A stretch of DNA of 64,000 nucleotides from Gemmatimonadales bacterium (GCA_037189525.1 JBBCJC010000002.1:960001-1024000); one strand, 5' to 3'; counted from the first letter of the stretch, positions 39,990 to 49,836 are shown. Made by a program: numbers and translations. Notes: generated from the letters alone by a model not told the origin.

Positions 39990-40520
39990 TCAGAGTAAGG
40001 CCATGCGGGCCAGGACCTGTTGTATGCGGACCTCGGGCGGCCCGGTTACCTCGAAGACGTCGAGGCCGAAGCCATGGCAGTCATCGACGATGATCTCGCG
40101 CAGGGCGTGGTCGACTGCGGTACGGAGCGGCCGCTCGGTGCGGGGGACGACGATCCGGTCGTCGTCTTCGATCGGGACGAAGATGACGAGGCCGAGTCCG
40201 GCGACCGCGTCACGAATGCGCGGAAGCCACCGGTCGAGGTGAAAGCTGTCGCGGTCGCGATGCGTAGTCAGATAACCGAGCAGATCGAGTGGGCATCGAT
40301 CGAAGATGACGTCGTCGCCGGTGTCGGCTGCGTCTTCCAGGGCTCGTTCGAGCTGTGCTTCGAATTCGTCGAGTGACGGCCGATCCGCGAACTCGAACCC
40401 TTCGTCCACCAGCGCCAGGTAGGGCTCCGGGACGAGACGGTAGCCGGGCAGAACATCCGCCAGCCGCTCGGTCAGGGTCGTCTTGCCGACCAGATGGCTT
40501 CCGGAAACCGCCAGATGCAT
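39990..40520 (-). CDS. AAA_28 (NadR-type) P-loop NTPase/kinase
   Basis: GSHLVGKTT Walker A; IFDRCPLD. Confidence 0.8.
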   Translation of the reverse strand: MHLAVSGSHLVGKTTLTERLADVLPGYRLVPEPYLALVDEGFEFADRPSLDEFEAQLERALEDAADTGDDVIFDRCPLDLLGYLTTHRDRDSFHLDRWLPRIRDAVAGLGLVIFVPIEDDDRIVVPRTERPLRTAVDHALREIIVDDCHGFGLDVFEVTGPPEVRIQQVLARMALL

Positions 40521-40526
40521 GGCGGG

Positions 40527-41234
40527 TTATGGCCGAGTATCGGCGGCTGCCGTTGCGAGGCCGCCGAAACGCCGTTCCCGTCGGGCGTACTCCTCGAGCG
40601 CGATGTCGAGATGATCGGTGCTCAGGTCGGGAAACGGCACCTCGAGAAAAACCAGCTCCGCATAGGCGCATTCCCAAAGGAGAAAATCGGAGAGGCGCCG
40701 CTCTCCCCCGGTCCGGATCAGCAGGTCGACCGGTGGCAATAATCCGTTACTGTCGGGATCAGCCGGTGTGCCGGTAAACGCGCGTTCGATCGAGGCTCGG
40801 CTCGAGTAATCCACCGCGACACGGAGATGCATCCGGCGTCCGGCCGCGGTGCGCGCTTCGGCATCGGCGATGGCCTCGACGAGGGGAGCCGGCAGGCGAT
40901 CGCGGCGCCCGAACACCGACAGCCTGATGCCGTGACGGACCAGAGCCGCAAGCTGCGAATCGAGATGCGAGGCGAACAGGTCGAAGAGGAACCCCACTTC
41001 TTCCCGCGGCCGTTTCCAGTTGTCGCTCGAGAATGCGTAGAGGGAGAGCTGTTCGAGTCCGAGCCGGGCGCAATGGGCCACCACTTCCCGGACGGTGCGG
41101 GCGCCCCGCGCGTGCCCCATCCACCTGGGACGGCCTCGGCTGGATGCCCAGCGACCGTTGCCGTCCATGATGATGGCCAGATGCGACGGCAGCGACGATG
41201 GGGCTGCCGGGTCCGGATCGGAATCCGTGGTCAT
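40527..41234 (-). CDS. uppS: Polyprenyl diphosphate synthase (cis-prenyltransferase, UppS family)
   Basis: HLAIIMDGNGRWA, YAFSSDNWKRP, DLLIRTGGERRLSDFLLWECAYAEL. Confidence 0.93.
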   Translation of the reverse strand: MTTDSDPDPAAPSSLPSHLAIIMDGNGRWASSRGRPRWMGHARGARTVREVVAHCARLGLEQLSLYAFSSDNWKRPREEVGFLFDLFASHLDSQLAALVRHGIRLSVFGRRDRLPAPLVEAIADAEARTAAGRRMHLRVAVDYSSRASIERAFTGTPADPDSNGLLPPVDLLIRTGGERRLSDFLLWECAYAELVFLEVPFPDLSTDHLDIALEEYARRERRFGGLATAAADTRP

Positions 41235-41647
41235 GGGCGCCCTACCTGTTTGATCAGCGCTTCCATGTGGGCCAGGTAGCGCTCGAGGGCGCGTCGTCCC
41301 TGTGCTGTGAGCCGATACTCGGTTCGGGGGATCCGACCGTCGAACCCCTTGGTGCAGGAGATATAACCGGCGTCTTCGAGCTTGCGGGCGTGCACCGACA
41401 CGTTGCCGTCGGAGGCATCCAGCAGGGTTTTGAGCTCGTTGAAACTGAGCGATTCGTTCACCGCCAGCGCGCTGACCATGGCGAGGCGCAGGCGTTCGTG
41501 AATGACGCGGTCGAGTTCCAGCGGGATGGCAGTATTGCCGTCGATCGGTGTCAAATGGCCCCCCTTCCGCGAGGGCTTGGCGCCCGTCGCGCGCGGATGG
41601 GATTCGGGTGCACGCGCGCGTGCGGCGTTGCCGTCTCTCTTAGCCAC
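41231..41647 (-). CDS. Winged-helix transcriptional regulator (HTH_34 type)
   Basis: LDRVIHERLRLAM, DGNVSVHARKLEDAGYI, TEYRLTAQGR. Confidence 0.9.
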   Translation of the reverse strand: MAKRDGNAARARAPESHPRATGAKPSRKGGHLTPIDGNTAIPLELDRVIHERLRLAMVSALAVNESLSFNELKTLLDASDGNVSVHARKLEDAGYISCTKGFDGRIPRTEYRLTAQGRRALERYLAHMEALIKQVGRP

Positions 41648-42266
41648 CGTGTCTCCGTGCGATGTAGGTACCGAAGCCGATCTGCAGTGCTCCGAAGCCA
41701 GCGGCCATCATCAGATCGCCGTCGAGCGCGGGCAGGAACAGTGCGACTCCGCCGAGTAGCATGAGGGCGAGCCCCATCATGGGAACTGCCCGGATCGAAA
41801 AGGCGCCGGCTGTGGTGACGCCGAGCCCGTAGAGCACCAGCCAGAGGCCGGGAAAAATGTGCGCCGTCAGCCGCGCTTCGATGCCGGGCGTGAACGGATC
41901 GAGCAGGCCGATCGTGATCAGCGCTCCGGCGAAGATGGCCGGCCAGAAACCGAGCAGGAACTTCCGGGTCGGAACGTTGAGCAGGCGGGCACCATTCGAG
42001 GCGATCCGTCGCCGCATCTTGGCCACCATGGCCGCGCTACCGACGATTGCCGCGATGGTGGCGGCGGACAACCATACCGCAAGCCAGCGCTCGGCCGATG
42101 GCTGCCGGGCCGCGATCGGGGCGGTGGCCAACGCGACCACCCCGACCGCCACGAGCCCCCAGCCCGGGACATCCGTGAACGAGGCCGCGCCTTCCATGGT
42201 CCGCCGGATGAACGTCAGGTCGTCCAGGGCGCGATTATGGAGAGCTGGAGGATCGGAGTCGGTCAT
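41640..42266 (-). CDS. Conserved integral membrane protein
   Basis: RALDDLTFIRRTME N-terminus typical of HTH_34-associated membrane proteins; about 6 TM helices. Confidence 0.8.
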   Translation of the reverse strand: MTDSDPPALHNRALDDLTFIRRTMEGAASFTDVPGWGLVAVGVVALATAPIAARQPSAERWLAVWLSAATIAAIVGSAAMVAKMRRRIASNGARLLNVPTRKFLLGFWPAIFAGALITIGLLDPFTPGIEARLTAHIFPGLWLVLYGLGVTTAGAFSIRAVPMMGLALMLLGGVALFLPALDGDLMMAAGFGALQIGFGTYIARRHGG

Positions 42267-42303
42267 GTGACGGGTCCACCCGGGCGCGGGTCGTCGTAGC
42301 AAG

Positions 42304-42340
42304 TACTTTGCATTGTAAAGTATTGCGTCGCTCTTTGCAA
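42304..42340 (-). promoter_or_regulatory. Promoter plus palindromic operator of the membrane protein-wHTH-uppS operon
   Basis: Minus TTGCAA-17 bp-TACAAT; imperfect palindrome TACTTTGCATTGTAAAGTA (42304-42322) covers the -10. Confidence 0.7.
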
Positions 42341-42458
42341 GCCGGTCTCGGCGTACCGGAGCCGGTGCAGTGTAATGCTTGCAATCGCTGTTCCACGCCG
42401 CCGGGTGCCGGGCGGGGCCGGGATTAGATTCGGTTTCGCCCATGCTGCGAGACATTCG

Positions 42459-43907
42459 ATGATCCGGAAGCTGTCGCTGGCGGTTCTCCTGCTTAGCGGA
42501 CTGGCGACTCGTTCGGCCGACGCTCAGACCCGGGGTGACCAGGCTCCCCGCGCCGGCTATCAGGCGTATCGGGCCAGCATCGAGCGGCTCGCGGCCCTGG
42601 CGCCGTCACTGACCCGGGTCTTTCCGGCGCACAACCTGCCCGTCTCCAATCCGGATGTGCTGCCGCGGGTCCGGGACGCGTTCCGCCAGGTGCGAAGGTC
42701 CGCCGAATCGCGCGGCGAGGGGATGGTCGAATATGGGTTCGAGGGATTCTCGTTCCTGGTGCGCGCGCCGGAGCCGCCGCTCCGGGTCCTGTTCATCGGC
42801 AACAGCTATACCTATTACAACAACCTCCCGGCCATGCTCGAGGACTTTGCCCGTGATGCAAACGCGGCGCGCGAGGTCCGGGTCGAGATGGTGGTGCGGG
42901 GTGGGGCCACTCTGCGGGATCACTGGACCACGGGCGACGCGCTCGCCGCGATCCGGCGCGGCCCCTGGGACTATGTGGTGCTCCAGGATCAGAGCATGCT
43001 CGGCATCACCCTGGTCGAAGGGCGGCCGAGTGTGAACGATCCGGGGCTCTTGCAAAGCTTCGGACGGCTCTTTGCCAGGGAGATCGCAGCCGTCGGCGCC
43101 AAGCCGGTGTTCTATCTCACCTGGAGTCGCCGATCGATGCCGGAACTGCAGCCGCGGTTGAACGCGGCCTACGGTGCGATTGCGCGGGAAACCGGTGCGC
43201 TGCTGGCGCCGGTCGGTCCTGCGTGGCAAGCAGTGTTAGCCGCCCGGCCCAACCTCGACCTCTATGATCCCGATGGCTCTCATCCGTCGGCCGCAGGTTC
43301 GTACCTGGCTGCCGCCACCATCTGGGCGACCATCTCGGGGCGGCCGGCGCTCGGTCTCCCCTCGTCGGTGCGCGGACGAGTCTACACTGAAAACGCCCGC
43401 GGCGCCTTCTATTCGGATTCGACCACGCGACTGGCCACGCTGACGGCCGCCGAAGCCACCACGGTGCAGCAGCTCGTCGACGATGCCGTGCAACGCGGCC
43501 TCCCGGCGTCCTCGGCGTTGGAGACCTTCGAGCACCTCCCTCCGCTTCCAGCTGGGGAGGCCCTTTCACCGGCTCGGCTGGAAGGGCGGTGGGTGGGGAC
43601 CATGCGCCTGTACGATGCCCCCGTCGATGTGACTCTGATCGTCACGGCAAAAGGAACAGCGTACTCGGCGGAGTGGCGTGTAGTGGGCCCCGGGTGGAGT
43701 ACGACCCGGCAGATTCCGAACTTCGCGGTCGGAGGCAGTGAGCTGTCGTTCAGCGTGCCTGATGTGCGCATCCTGACACCGCCGGAACTGCACCGCGCGG
43801 TCCTGGTCGGTGATACGCTGATCGGCCGTGCCTCCATCGGCAGCGTGTTACAGGTGCCTCGGCTGATCGGTTCGTGGACCATGAAACGCGCGGGCACGAG
43901 CCGGTAA
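42459..43907 (+). CDS. Exported SGNH/GDSL-like hydrolase with C-terminal beta domain
   Basis: LFIGNSYT (block I), WDYVVLQDQS, DGSHPS (block V); signal peptide. Confidence 0.8.
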   Translation: MIRKLSLAVLLLSGLATRSADAQTRGDQAPRAGYQAYRASIERLAALAPSLTRVFPAHNLPVSNPDVLPRVRDAFRQVRRSAESRGEGMVEYGFEGFSFLVRAPEPPLRVLFIGNSYTYYNNLPAMLEDFARDANAAREVRVEMVVRGGATLRDHWTTGDALAAIRRGPWDYVVLQDQSMLGITLVEGRPSVNDPGLLQSFGRLFAREIAAVGAKPVFYLTWSRRSMPELQPRLNAAYGAIARETGALLAPVGPAWQAVLAARPNLDLYDPDGSHPSAAGSYLAAATIWATISGRPALGLPSSVRGRVYTENARGAFYSDSTTRLATLTAAEATTVQQLVDDAVQRGLPASSALETFEHLPPLPAGEALSPARLEGRWVGTMRLYDAPVDVTLIVTAKGTAYSAEWRVVGPGWSTTRQIPNFAVGGSELSFSVPDVRILTPPELHRAVLVGDTLIGRASIGSVLQVPRLIGSWTMKRAGTSR

Positions 43908-43943
43908 GGCGCGCTACGGCATCACTGCTTGCTACGCACGGTG

Positions 43944-45125
43944 TTATCGGGTCAGTTCCCAGACCATCGTATCGCGAGCGGAGCCGTCGGGAGCATGCGC
44001 ATGGCCGATCAGCGTCTCGACATGGCGAAAGCCGAGCCGCTCTGGGACGGCCGCACTGCGGAGGTTCCTGGGGTCGCAGCGAATCTGAACCCGTCTGACT
44101 TCCGGATGGCGGAACGCTTCATCGACCAGCGCCTTCGACGCTTCGGTTGCGAAGCCTCGGCCAAGTTCCCGATGGTCAAGCCAGTACCCGATTTCGACGC
44201 CCGCCGGGATGCGCAAGTGGAGGCCGGTGCCGCCTAGCACGCGTCCATCATCCCGCGCGAAGATGCCGTAGGTGCCGTCGAGGCCGGCGGCAAAATCCTG
44301 GGCAAAGCGTTCGATCCGGGTCGTGACGTCCTCGAGCGGCGAGGGCTCGTGCAACGCCCAGGGCATCCACGCCCGCAGGTGATCGAGGTTGGCGTCGATC
44401 GCAGCCTTGAGCCGAGGCGCATCCTCGACCCGCCAGGGGCGGAGCAATAGACGCTCCGATTCGATCTGGTTGGCAAAGCTCAGCCGAGCGGGCGGCAACG
44501 CCTCACTCGACTCGGGCTGGTAGCGAAAGAGGCAGTAGGTGAATGCCTGCTGTCCTCCCGATGGTGTCTGGTGCTCCTCGCGCCGCGTCGTCACCAGATG
44601 GAAGTCGGGTCCGAACTCGTGTTCGAGGTTCTCGGGTGAGTATCGCGCCGTCGGCAGCCCGCTGCACCTGGTCGGCCCGTCATCGGCAAAGGTCGCGATC
44701 AGGACGTAGCCGCCCGGGCGGACCGCGCGCCGGACGTTGGCGATGTACCGGGCCCGATCGTCCGGGTCGATCAGGAAGTGGAATACGGCGCGATCGTGCC
44801 AGCCATCGACGGTAGCTGCGGGCAGCGGGTAGGTGAGGATATCGTCTTCGATCCAGTAGATCGATGAGGCCCGGTCGCCGAGTCGGTCGCGGGCGTGCTG
44901 CAGAGCGGCGACCGAAAGATCGATGACGGCGAGTTTACGGTAGCCGGCTGCCCAGAGATCCTCCGCCAGCCGCGATGCGCCGCCGCCGGCATCGAGAATC
45001 GACGCCGTGGTCGGGAGAAAGGCGCGAATCAGGTCGAGGGATTGCGCAGCTGTCGCCTGAAACCAGCTGACCTCGCTCGGCGCCTTGGTGCGATAGACCG
45101 TTTCCCAATGGGTCTTACGGTCCAT
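43944..45125 (-). CDS. Fusion of class I SAM methyltransferase and RimJ/RimL-type GNAT acetyltransferase
   Basis: N-terminal HWETVY, ILDAGGG, WHDRAVFHFL; C-terminal ERLLLRPW, EIGYWL, GRGFATEA, NLRSAAVPERLGF. Confidence 0.85.
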   Translation of the reverse strand: MDRKTHWETVYRTKAPSEVSWFQATAAQSLDLIRAFLPTTASILDAGGGASRLAEDLWAAGYRKLAVIDLSVAALQHARDRLGDRASSIYWIEDDILTYPLPAATVDGWHDRAVFHFLIDPDDRARYIANVRRAVRPGGYVLIATFADDGPTRCSGLPTARYSPENLEHEFGPDFHLVTTRREEHQTPSGGQQAFTYCLFRYQPESSEALPPARLSFANQIESERLLLRPWRVEDAPRLKAAIDANLDHLRAWMPWALHEPSPLEDVTTRIERFAQDFAAGLDGTYGIFARDDGRVLGGTGLHLRIPAGVEIGYWLDHRELGRGFATEASKALVDEAFRHPEVRRVQIRCDPRNLRSAAVPERLGFRHVETLIGHAHAPDGSARDTMVWELTR

Positions 45126-45173
45126 TGGCAGGATCGGCCGGAGTGCGGGTTGGAGTCACGCGCTACCTCGATC

Positions 45174-45542
45174 CTAGCGATGCTGATCGATCAGAATCTG
45201 GTTGCCATCCGGGTCGTGGATCAGAAGGTGACCCGGACCCTGCTCCGTGGCAACCGTGGCCTTGATGGCAACGCCCTTTGCCTGCAACTGTTGCTGGATG
45301 TCCCGGACATCGGTGAAGGTCGGCAGCGGCTTCGCATCGCTGTCCCAACCCGGGTTAAAGGTCAGAATGTTCTTGTCGAACATGCCCTGAAACAGACCGA
45401 TGACGGTCGTCCCGTTCTTCAGGATCAGCCACTTCTGTTCCTGATTGCCTCCCAGGGCCGTGAAGCCGAGCTTCTCATAGAATGCGAGTGAAGCCGCAAT
45501 GTCCTTCACGGCCAGGCTGACGGAGAAAGCGCCGAGGTCCAT
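45174..45542 (-). CDS. VOC (glyoxalase/bleomycin resistance) family protein
   Basis: SLAVKDIAASLAFYEKLGF; DPDGNQILIDQH. Confidence 0.9.
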   Translation of the reverse strand: MDLGAFSVSLAVKDIAASLAFYEKLGFTALGGNQEQKWLILKNGTTVIGLFQGMFDKNILTFNPGWDSDAKPLPTFTDVRDIQQQLQAKGVAIKATVATEQGPGHLLIHDPDGNQILIDQHR

Positions 45543-45639
45543 GGGTCCTCCCGGGAAAATCGGGGTGGCTGGGAACGGCTGCCAATTGGCGGCCTCTCTC
45601 GCGAAGATAGCACCGGGACGACCGTTGTGCGGGGGCCTG

Positions 45640-46044
45640 CTACAGGTCGTCCAGCCGTTGCTGCAGGTCGGTGTAGGCGGCCTCGATCAGCGCAGCGAGG
45701 GCCACCGGATCGGCGGGGTGATCGGGGCCGAGCTTGACGTGACGCATGAACTTGCCGGTGCCGACCAGCAATCGGCCGGGATCGGGCAAGTCGGCGCCGT
45801 GGAAGAATCCGACGTTGAGGTGGGCGGTGAAGACATTGACGTAGCCGAACGCGACGTCGCCGATGCAGGCGGTCGGATGTCCGTCGTGGAGCAGTTCCTG
45901 GACATCGTTGCCTGCTCGGCGCATCACGTCGAACCAGTGGCGTGCCGTTGCTCCGAGGCTGCCCGGCTGCGCCTGCAACCAGGCGTCGACGGCCGGGTCC
46001 CGTTTGACCGAATCCGGAAAACGCATCAAGCGATTTGCCGTCAT
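45640..46044 (-). CDS. DUF1801 family protein
   Basis: HLNVGFFHGADLPDPGRLLVGTGKFMRHVKL. Confidence 0.85.
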   Translation of the reverse strand: MTANRLMRFPDSVKRDPAVDAWLQAQPGSLGATARHWFDVMRRAGNDVQELLHDGHPTACIGDVAFGYVNVFTAHLNVGFFHGADLPDPGRLLVGTGKFMRHVKLGPDHPADPVALAALIEAAYTDLQQRLDDL

Positions 46045-46069
46045 CGCGGGACCCGACCTCGATTAGGTA

Positions 46070-47773
46070 TTACCGCACGCGGGTAAAGCGGAGATCGCGA
46101 ACGCGCCCCGACTGGATCGTGTACCCGGTGATCCGGCCGCGACGGTCGCGCACGATGTCGATCACGCTGCCGCCACGGGTAAACCCGTCCTTGTAGCTCG
46201 GATCGAGCTCGCCCAGCCGCCGATAGCCGGAGTAGGCCACCAGCTTGTCCTTCTCGACTTTCCAGGTGTGGGTCGCGTCGATCTCGTCGTTCCGATAGTC
46301 GCCGGCGTACTCTGCAAGCTGCGCAGGAGTGAGGTTGGCGGCGCCGGCGCGGGTAAACGTCACGGTTCCCGAGGCGCCGCGCACCAGCATGCGGGCCGGT
46401 GTGCCGCCGTCGTTCTCGAAACGGATTTCGGAGCCGCGGCCCACTCGGAAGCGGTTGCCGGCCAACGGGACATATTCGGTCCGCATCATGCCTTCCGCCA
46501 CCAGCGTGTCGCCCGCCATGACGGTGCGGCGCACTTCGCCGCGCTCGACGTTACGCCATACGCCGACCAGGCTGCGGAGCGTAGTAGCCGGAACGTTGAC
46601 CCGCGCTTCCTTGCTCAGGGCCTCGGTCCAGGCCGCCGCCGTATCCGGACGCATCCGGTCGCCCAGGTAGATCTCGACCACCTTGTCGGTCAGGCTGCCC
46701 GGGTCTGCCGTCGTCAGATTACAGAACGTGGCAACCGCGGTCTTCTGTTCCGGAAAGCGGTAGAACTGCGCCCGGAAACCGCCCCAGCTGCCGCTGTGGG
46801 TGACCACCGGCACGCCGCGCTCGGTGCCGACGATCAGACCCAACGCGTACGCCTGGTCGACGCCCGAGTACGCCGGCGCGCCGTTGTTCAACTTGGTGGC
46901 CGTCGTCATGGCGCGGATGATGTCGGGACCACCGACCGTGGCTTGGTCGAAGTTGTTGAGCCAGCGGCCGAAGTCCTCCACCGTGGTATGGATGCCGCCG
47001 GCGCCCATGATGGCGCCGTCGTAGTTGTTTCGCTGAATCCGGAACCCAGGGCTCCGTGGTGCGTAGCTTTCGGCCAGGTTGGGGATGATGACGTTCCGGT
47101 CCACCAGGAACCGGGTGTCATACATGCCGAGCGGCGTGAAGATCCGCTCGTTGGCAAACTCCTGGAGCGTCTTCCCGGTCAGGCGGTACACCGCCTGCGC
47201 AGCAAGGATCCAGCCGGAGTTGGTGTAGAGATAGCGCTCGCCCGGCGTGTAGTTGGGTTGGGCCGATGTGGTGATGATGTTGATAGCATCGACGGTATCA
47301 CCGGCAAAGGTCCGGCCCGTCTGTCCCCAGAGCGTCCAGAGATCGCGCAGGCCGCTGGTCTGGCTTAGAGCCCGCCGCCAGGTGATCCCGTCGGCATACG
47401 CCGGCATTTCCGGGAAGATTTTCCGGATCGGATCCTCCAGGGACAGTTTGCCGTCCTTCTCCAGCAGCAGCATCGCCATTGCGGTGAACTGCTTGGAGAT
47501 CGACCCGATATCGAGGACCGTCCTCGGGGTGATCGGGGTTCCGTTCTCGAGGCTGGCCATGCCGTAGCCTCGGCCGTAGCGCAGCTTGCCGTTTTCATAG
47601 ACCCCCATGGCGCATCCGGGGGAGTCGGTTCGATCGAAGGCGCGGAAGACGCTATCGGTACGCAGCGCCTTGTCGTCGCGCGTGCCGATGATGTGTTGAG
47701 CCGAGACGCTGTTGACCAGCGTGAGAGACGCGAGCACTGCGGGAAGCCATACGGTGTGACGGGCCATCGTCAT
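46070..47773 (-). CDS. Exported serine hydrolase, beta-lactamase family
   Basis: SISK, YTNSG and HSG motifs; signal peptide; GGAG RBS. Confidence 0.9.
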   Translation of the reverse strand: MTMARHTVWLPAVLASLTLVNSVSAQHIIGTRDDKALRTDSVFRAFDRTDSPGCAMGVYENGKLRYGRGYGMASLENGTPITPRTVLDIGSISKQFTAMAMLLLEKDGKLSLEDPIRKIFPEMPAYADGITWRRALSQTSGLRDLWTLWGQTGRTFAGDTVDAINIITTSAQPNYTPGERYLYTNSGWILAAQAVYRLTGKTLQEFANERIFTPLGMYDTRFLVDRNVIIPNLAESYAPRSPGFRIQRNNYDGAIMGAGGIHTTVEDFGRWLNNFDQATVGGPDIIRAMTTATKLNNGAPAYSGVDQAYALGLIVGTERGVPVVTHSGSWGGFRAQFYRFPEQKTAVATFCNLTTADPGSLTDKVVEIYLGDRMRPDTAAAWTEALSKEARVNVPATTLRSLVGVWRNVERGEVRRTVMAGDTLVAEGMMRTEYVPLAGNRFRVGRGSEIRFENDGGTPARMLVRGASGTVTFTRAGAANLTPAQLAEYAGDYRNDEIDATHTWKVEKDKLVAYSGYRRLGELDPSYKDGFTRGGSVIDIVRDRRGRITGYTIQSGRVRDLRFTRVR

Positions 47774-47805
47774 GCTCCAACGGGGTGAAGTGGATTGGGT
47801 TGGTC

Positions 47806-48180
47806 TCACTGGGCGGGACCTTCGACATGGAACAGCTTGTTGTAGATCGACCATGTGCCGCCGACCTTGATGAGAGACAGCGTATCGAGGAACGTCATGC
47901 CCAGGTAGTCGTCGCGGACCCGGGCCACGGCCGTGTTGCCGGCGATGTCGAGTGCAATGATCTCGAGCCGGGCCGGCGCCCCGGACGCCTTGGGTGACGG
48001 CTGCTGGCTCGCGACGAAGCCTGCAAAATCGCCGACCGGCATTTCATGGAGCCCATCGGGCAGGTAACCCGTGATCCGCCCGTTCTCGTGAAACGCGGTG
48101 TGGATCTTCTCCGGGCTCGACTCGTACATCCCGTCGAAATAGGTCTGGATCGCGGTACGAATCAACGAGTCGTCGGTCAT
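47806..48180 (-). CDS. NTF2-like (putative lumazine-binding) protein
   Basis: IQTYFDGMY...AFH; FLDTLSLIKVGGTWSIYNKLF. Confidence 0.82.
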   Translation of the reverse strand: MTDDSLIRTAIQTYFDGMYESSPEKIHTAFHENGRITGYLPDGLHEMPVGDFAGFVASQQPSPKASGAPARLEIIALDIAGNTAVARVRDDYLGMTFLDTLSLIKVGGTWSIYNKLFHVEGPAQ

Positions 48181-48349
48181 TGAAAAGAGGCCCCGGATTT
48201 GAGGTCACGAGCGAAGGCCCCGAGGGTATCCGGGGTCGGATGGTTCGTTCTGGAGTGTGCGTAACCCCGAACAGTACGGTCGAACCGGGGGATAGGGAAG
48301 GTCTCTTCGGAGGCGGCCTGCTGCCCGCCCGGGTGGGCGGGCCAAGGGG

Positions 48350-48832
48350 TCAGGGAACCCAGCCCGGGAGTACCGCGGCCTGCTCGATCCAGGCAGCCAT
48401 CTGCTTCTCGTCGAACTGTCCCTCCCGGATATTGACGTAGCGGGTGTACTTGTCTTTGCTGGGGTCCGGCGGAACGGGCCGCAGGTCGGCTCCTCGGAAG
48501 AAGGCGACCTTGACGTAGTTGGTAAAGGTGTGGATGCCGAGAAAAAATCCTTGGCCTTCGACGCCGTAGAGCGGCGAATTCCACTTTACCGCCTTCTGGA
48601 GGTTCGGGACGGTGCGCTCGATCAGCGCATCGAGGCGCTTGCCCAGGTCGCTTTTCCAACCCGGCATCGCGGCGATGTAAGCCTGCACGGGCGCGTCGCC
48701 GTCCGCTTTGGCAATCTGCGGATTGCCGCCCGACAGGAGGACCACGTCCTCCCCTTTCTGAGTCTTGGCGCGCTTGGGCCGGCTTCCCGATGTGTTTGCC
48801 TTGCGCCCGGTCTTTCGAGGTGGTTTTGCCAT
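48350..48832 (-). CDS. DUF1801 family protein
   Basis: LLSGGNPQIAKADGDAPVQAYIAAMPGWK, KAVKWNSPLYG. Confidence 0.88.
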   Translation of the reverse strand: MAKPPRKTGRKANTSGSRPKRAKTQKGEDVVLLSGGNPQIAKADGDAPVQAYIAAMPGWKSDLGKRLDALIERTVPNLQKAVKWNSPLYGVEGQGFFLGIHTFTNYVKVAFFRGADLRPVPPDPSKDKYTRYVNIREGQFDEKQMAAWIEQAAVLPGWVP

Positions 48833-48851
48833 CTGAGCTCCCCTTGCTCGA

Positions 48852-49073
48852 TCAGCCGGTGTGAGACTCGCCGCGCCGCTTGGTGCGATACGGCAGCACG
48901 AACAGGTGGAGGCCCGTCAGGAGCAGCAATGCCAGTGGCGCCAGGGGAGAATATGTCACCCAGTCCGGCGGAGTGCCTCGAGTCATTGCGACGAAGTTGG
49001 CAATCACCGCGAGGGTAAAGAGGATCGACACCCAGCGGTGCAGCTGACGAATGCGCGTGTTGAACCGACTCAT
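48852..49073 (-). CDS. Small two-TM membrane protein
   Basis: MSRFNTRIRQLHRWVSILFT...LLTGLHLFVLPY; ATGA overlap with the SRPBCC gene. Confidence 0.78.
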   Translation of the reverse strand: MSRFNTRIRQLHRWVSILFTLAVIANFVAMTRGTPPDWVTYSPLAPLALLLLTGLHLFVLPYRTKRRGESHTG

Positions 49074-49510
49074 GAGATTCTCCCGAGCAGATCGACCAGA
49101 TTGCCACCCATCATCCGCCAGCCGTAGCGCGCGCCGCCGAAGTTCTGCTTCTGGTGCGGCTTGAACCCGGATTGCACCAGCGACAGCTGCGTACCGGCGT
49201 CGGTCGGTGTCAGGGTGAAGGTCAGGATCGTATCGATGTCGCCGACGATCCAGGACCAACTGATTTTCTGCTGAGGCACCACCTCCAGCATTCGGCAGTT
49301 CACGATCCCGTCCCAGCTGGGTTGTGGTTGGGTCTGGAAGAGAAAGGTGGTGCCCGGGGCCAGACCGAAGTCGACGACCGGGAGCAGCCACTGCGCCAGG
49401 AGTTCGGGGTCGGTCAGCGCCCGCCAGACCTTGTCGGGCGCGTGGGGCAGGTCGAACTCGAAGGTGACCGATTCCGATTGGGACGGCGCGGTTTTGTCGG
49501 CGTGCGTCAT
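49070..49510 (-). CDS. SRPBCC/AHSA1 domain protein
   Basis: APDKVWRALTDPELLAQWL; C-terminal GARYGW. Confidence 0.9.
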   Translation of the reverse strand: MTHADKTAPSQSESVTFEFDLPHAPDKVWRALTDPELLAQWLLPVVDFGLAPGTTFLFQTQPQPSWDGIVNCRMLEVVPQQKISWSWIVGDIDTILTFTLTPTDAGTQLSLVQSGFKPHQKQNFGGARYGWRMMGGNLVDLLGRIS

Positions 49511-49836
49511 TTGTCCATTCGCTCCAGCAGGCGTTCGAGTTTGCCGACGCGCTCGGTCCAGAAGGCCCGGTAGTGGGTGATCCAGTCGACCAGGGGGGTC
49601 AGGCCGCGCGGTTCGACCCGGTAATAGACGTGGCGGCCTTCGCGCCTCCCCTGGACCAGTCCGGCCTCGCGGAGCGCGGCGAGATGCTGCGAGACCGCGG
49701 GTTGGGAAATGTCGAACCGGGCGGTCAGATCTTTGACCGCCGCTTCCCCCCCTGTGAGGGACTCGAAAATCGCCCGGCGACTCGGATCGGCGAGGGCGAG
49801 AAAGATCTTGTCTTCGAGTGTGGTCGCAGAGGTCAT
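49507..49836 (-). CDS. ArsR/SmtB family transcriptional regulator
   Basis: FLALADPSRRAI, ISQPAVSQHLAALREAGLV, GRHVYY. Confidence 0.92.
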   Translation of the reverse strand: MTSATTLEDKIFLALADPSRRAIFESLTGGEAAVKDLTARFDISQPAVSQHLAALREAGLVQGRREGRHVYYRVEPRGLTPLVDWITHYRAFWTERVGKLERLLERMDK

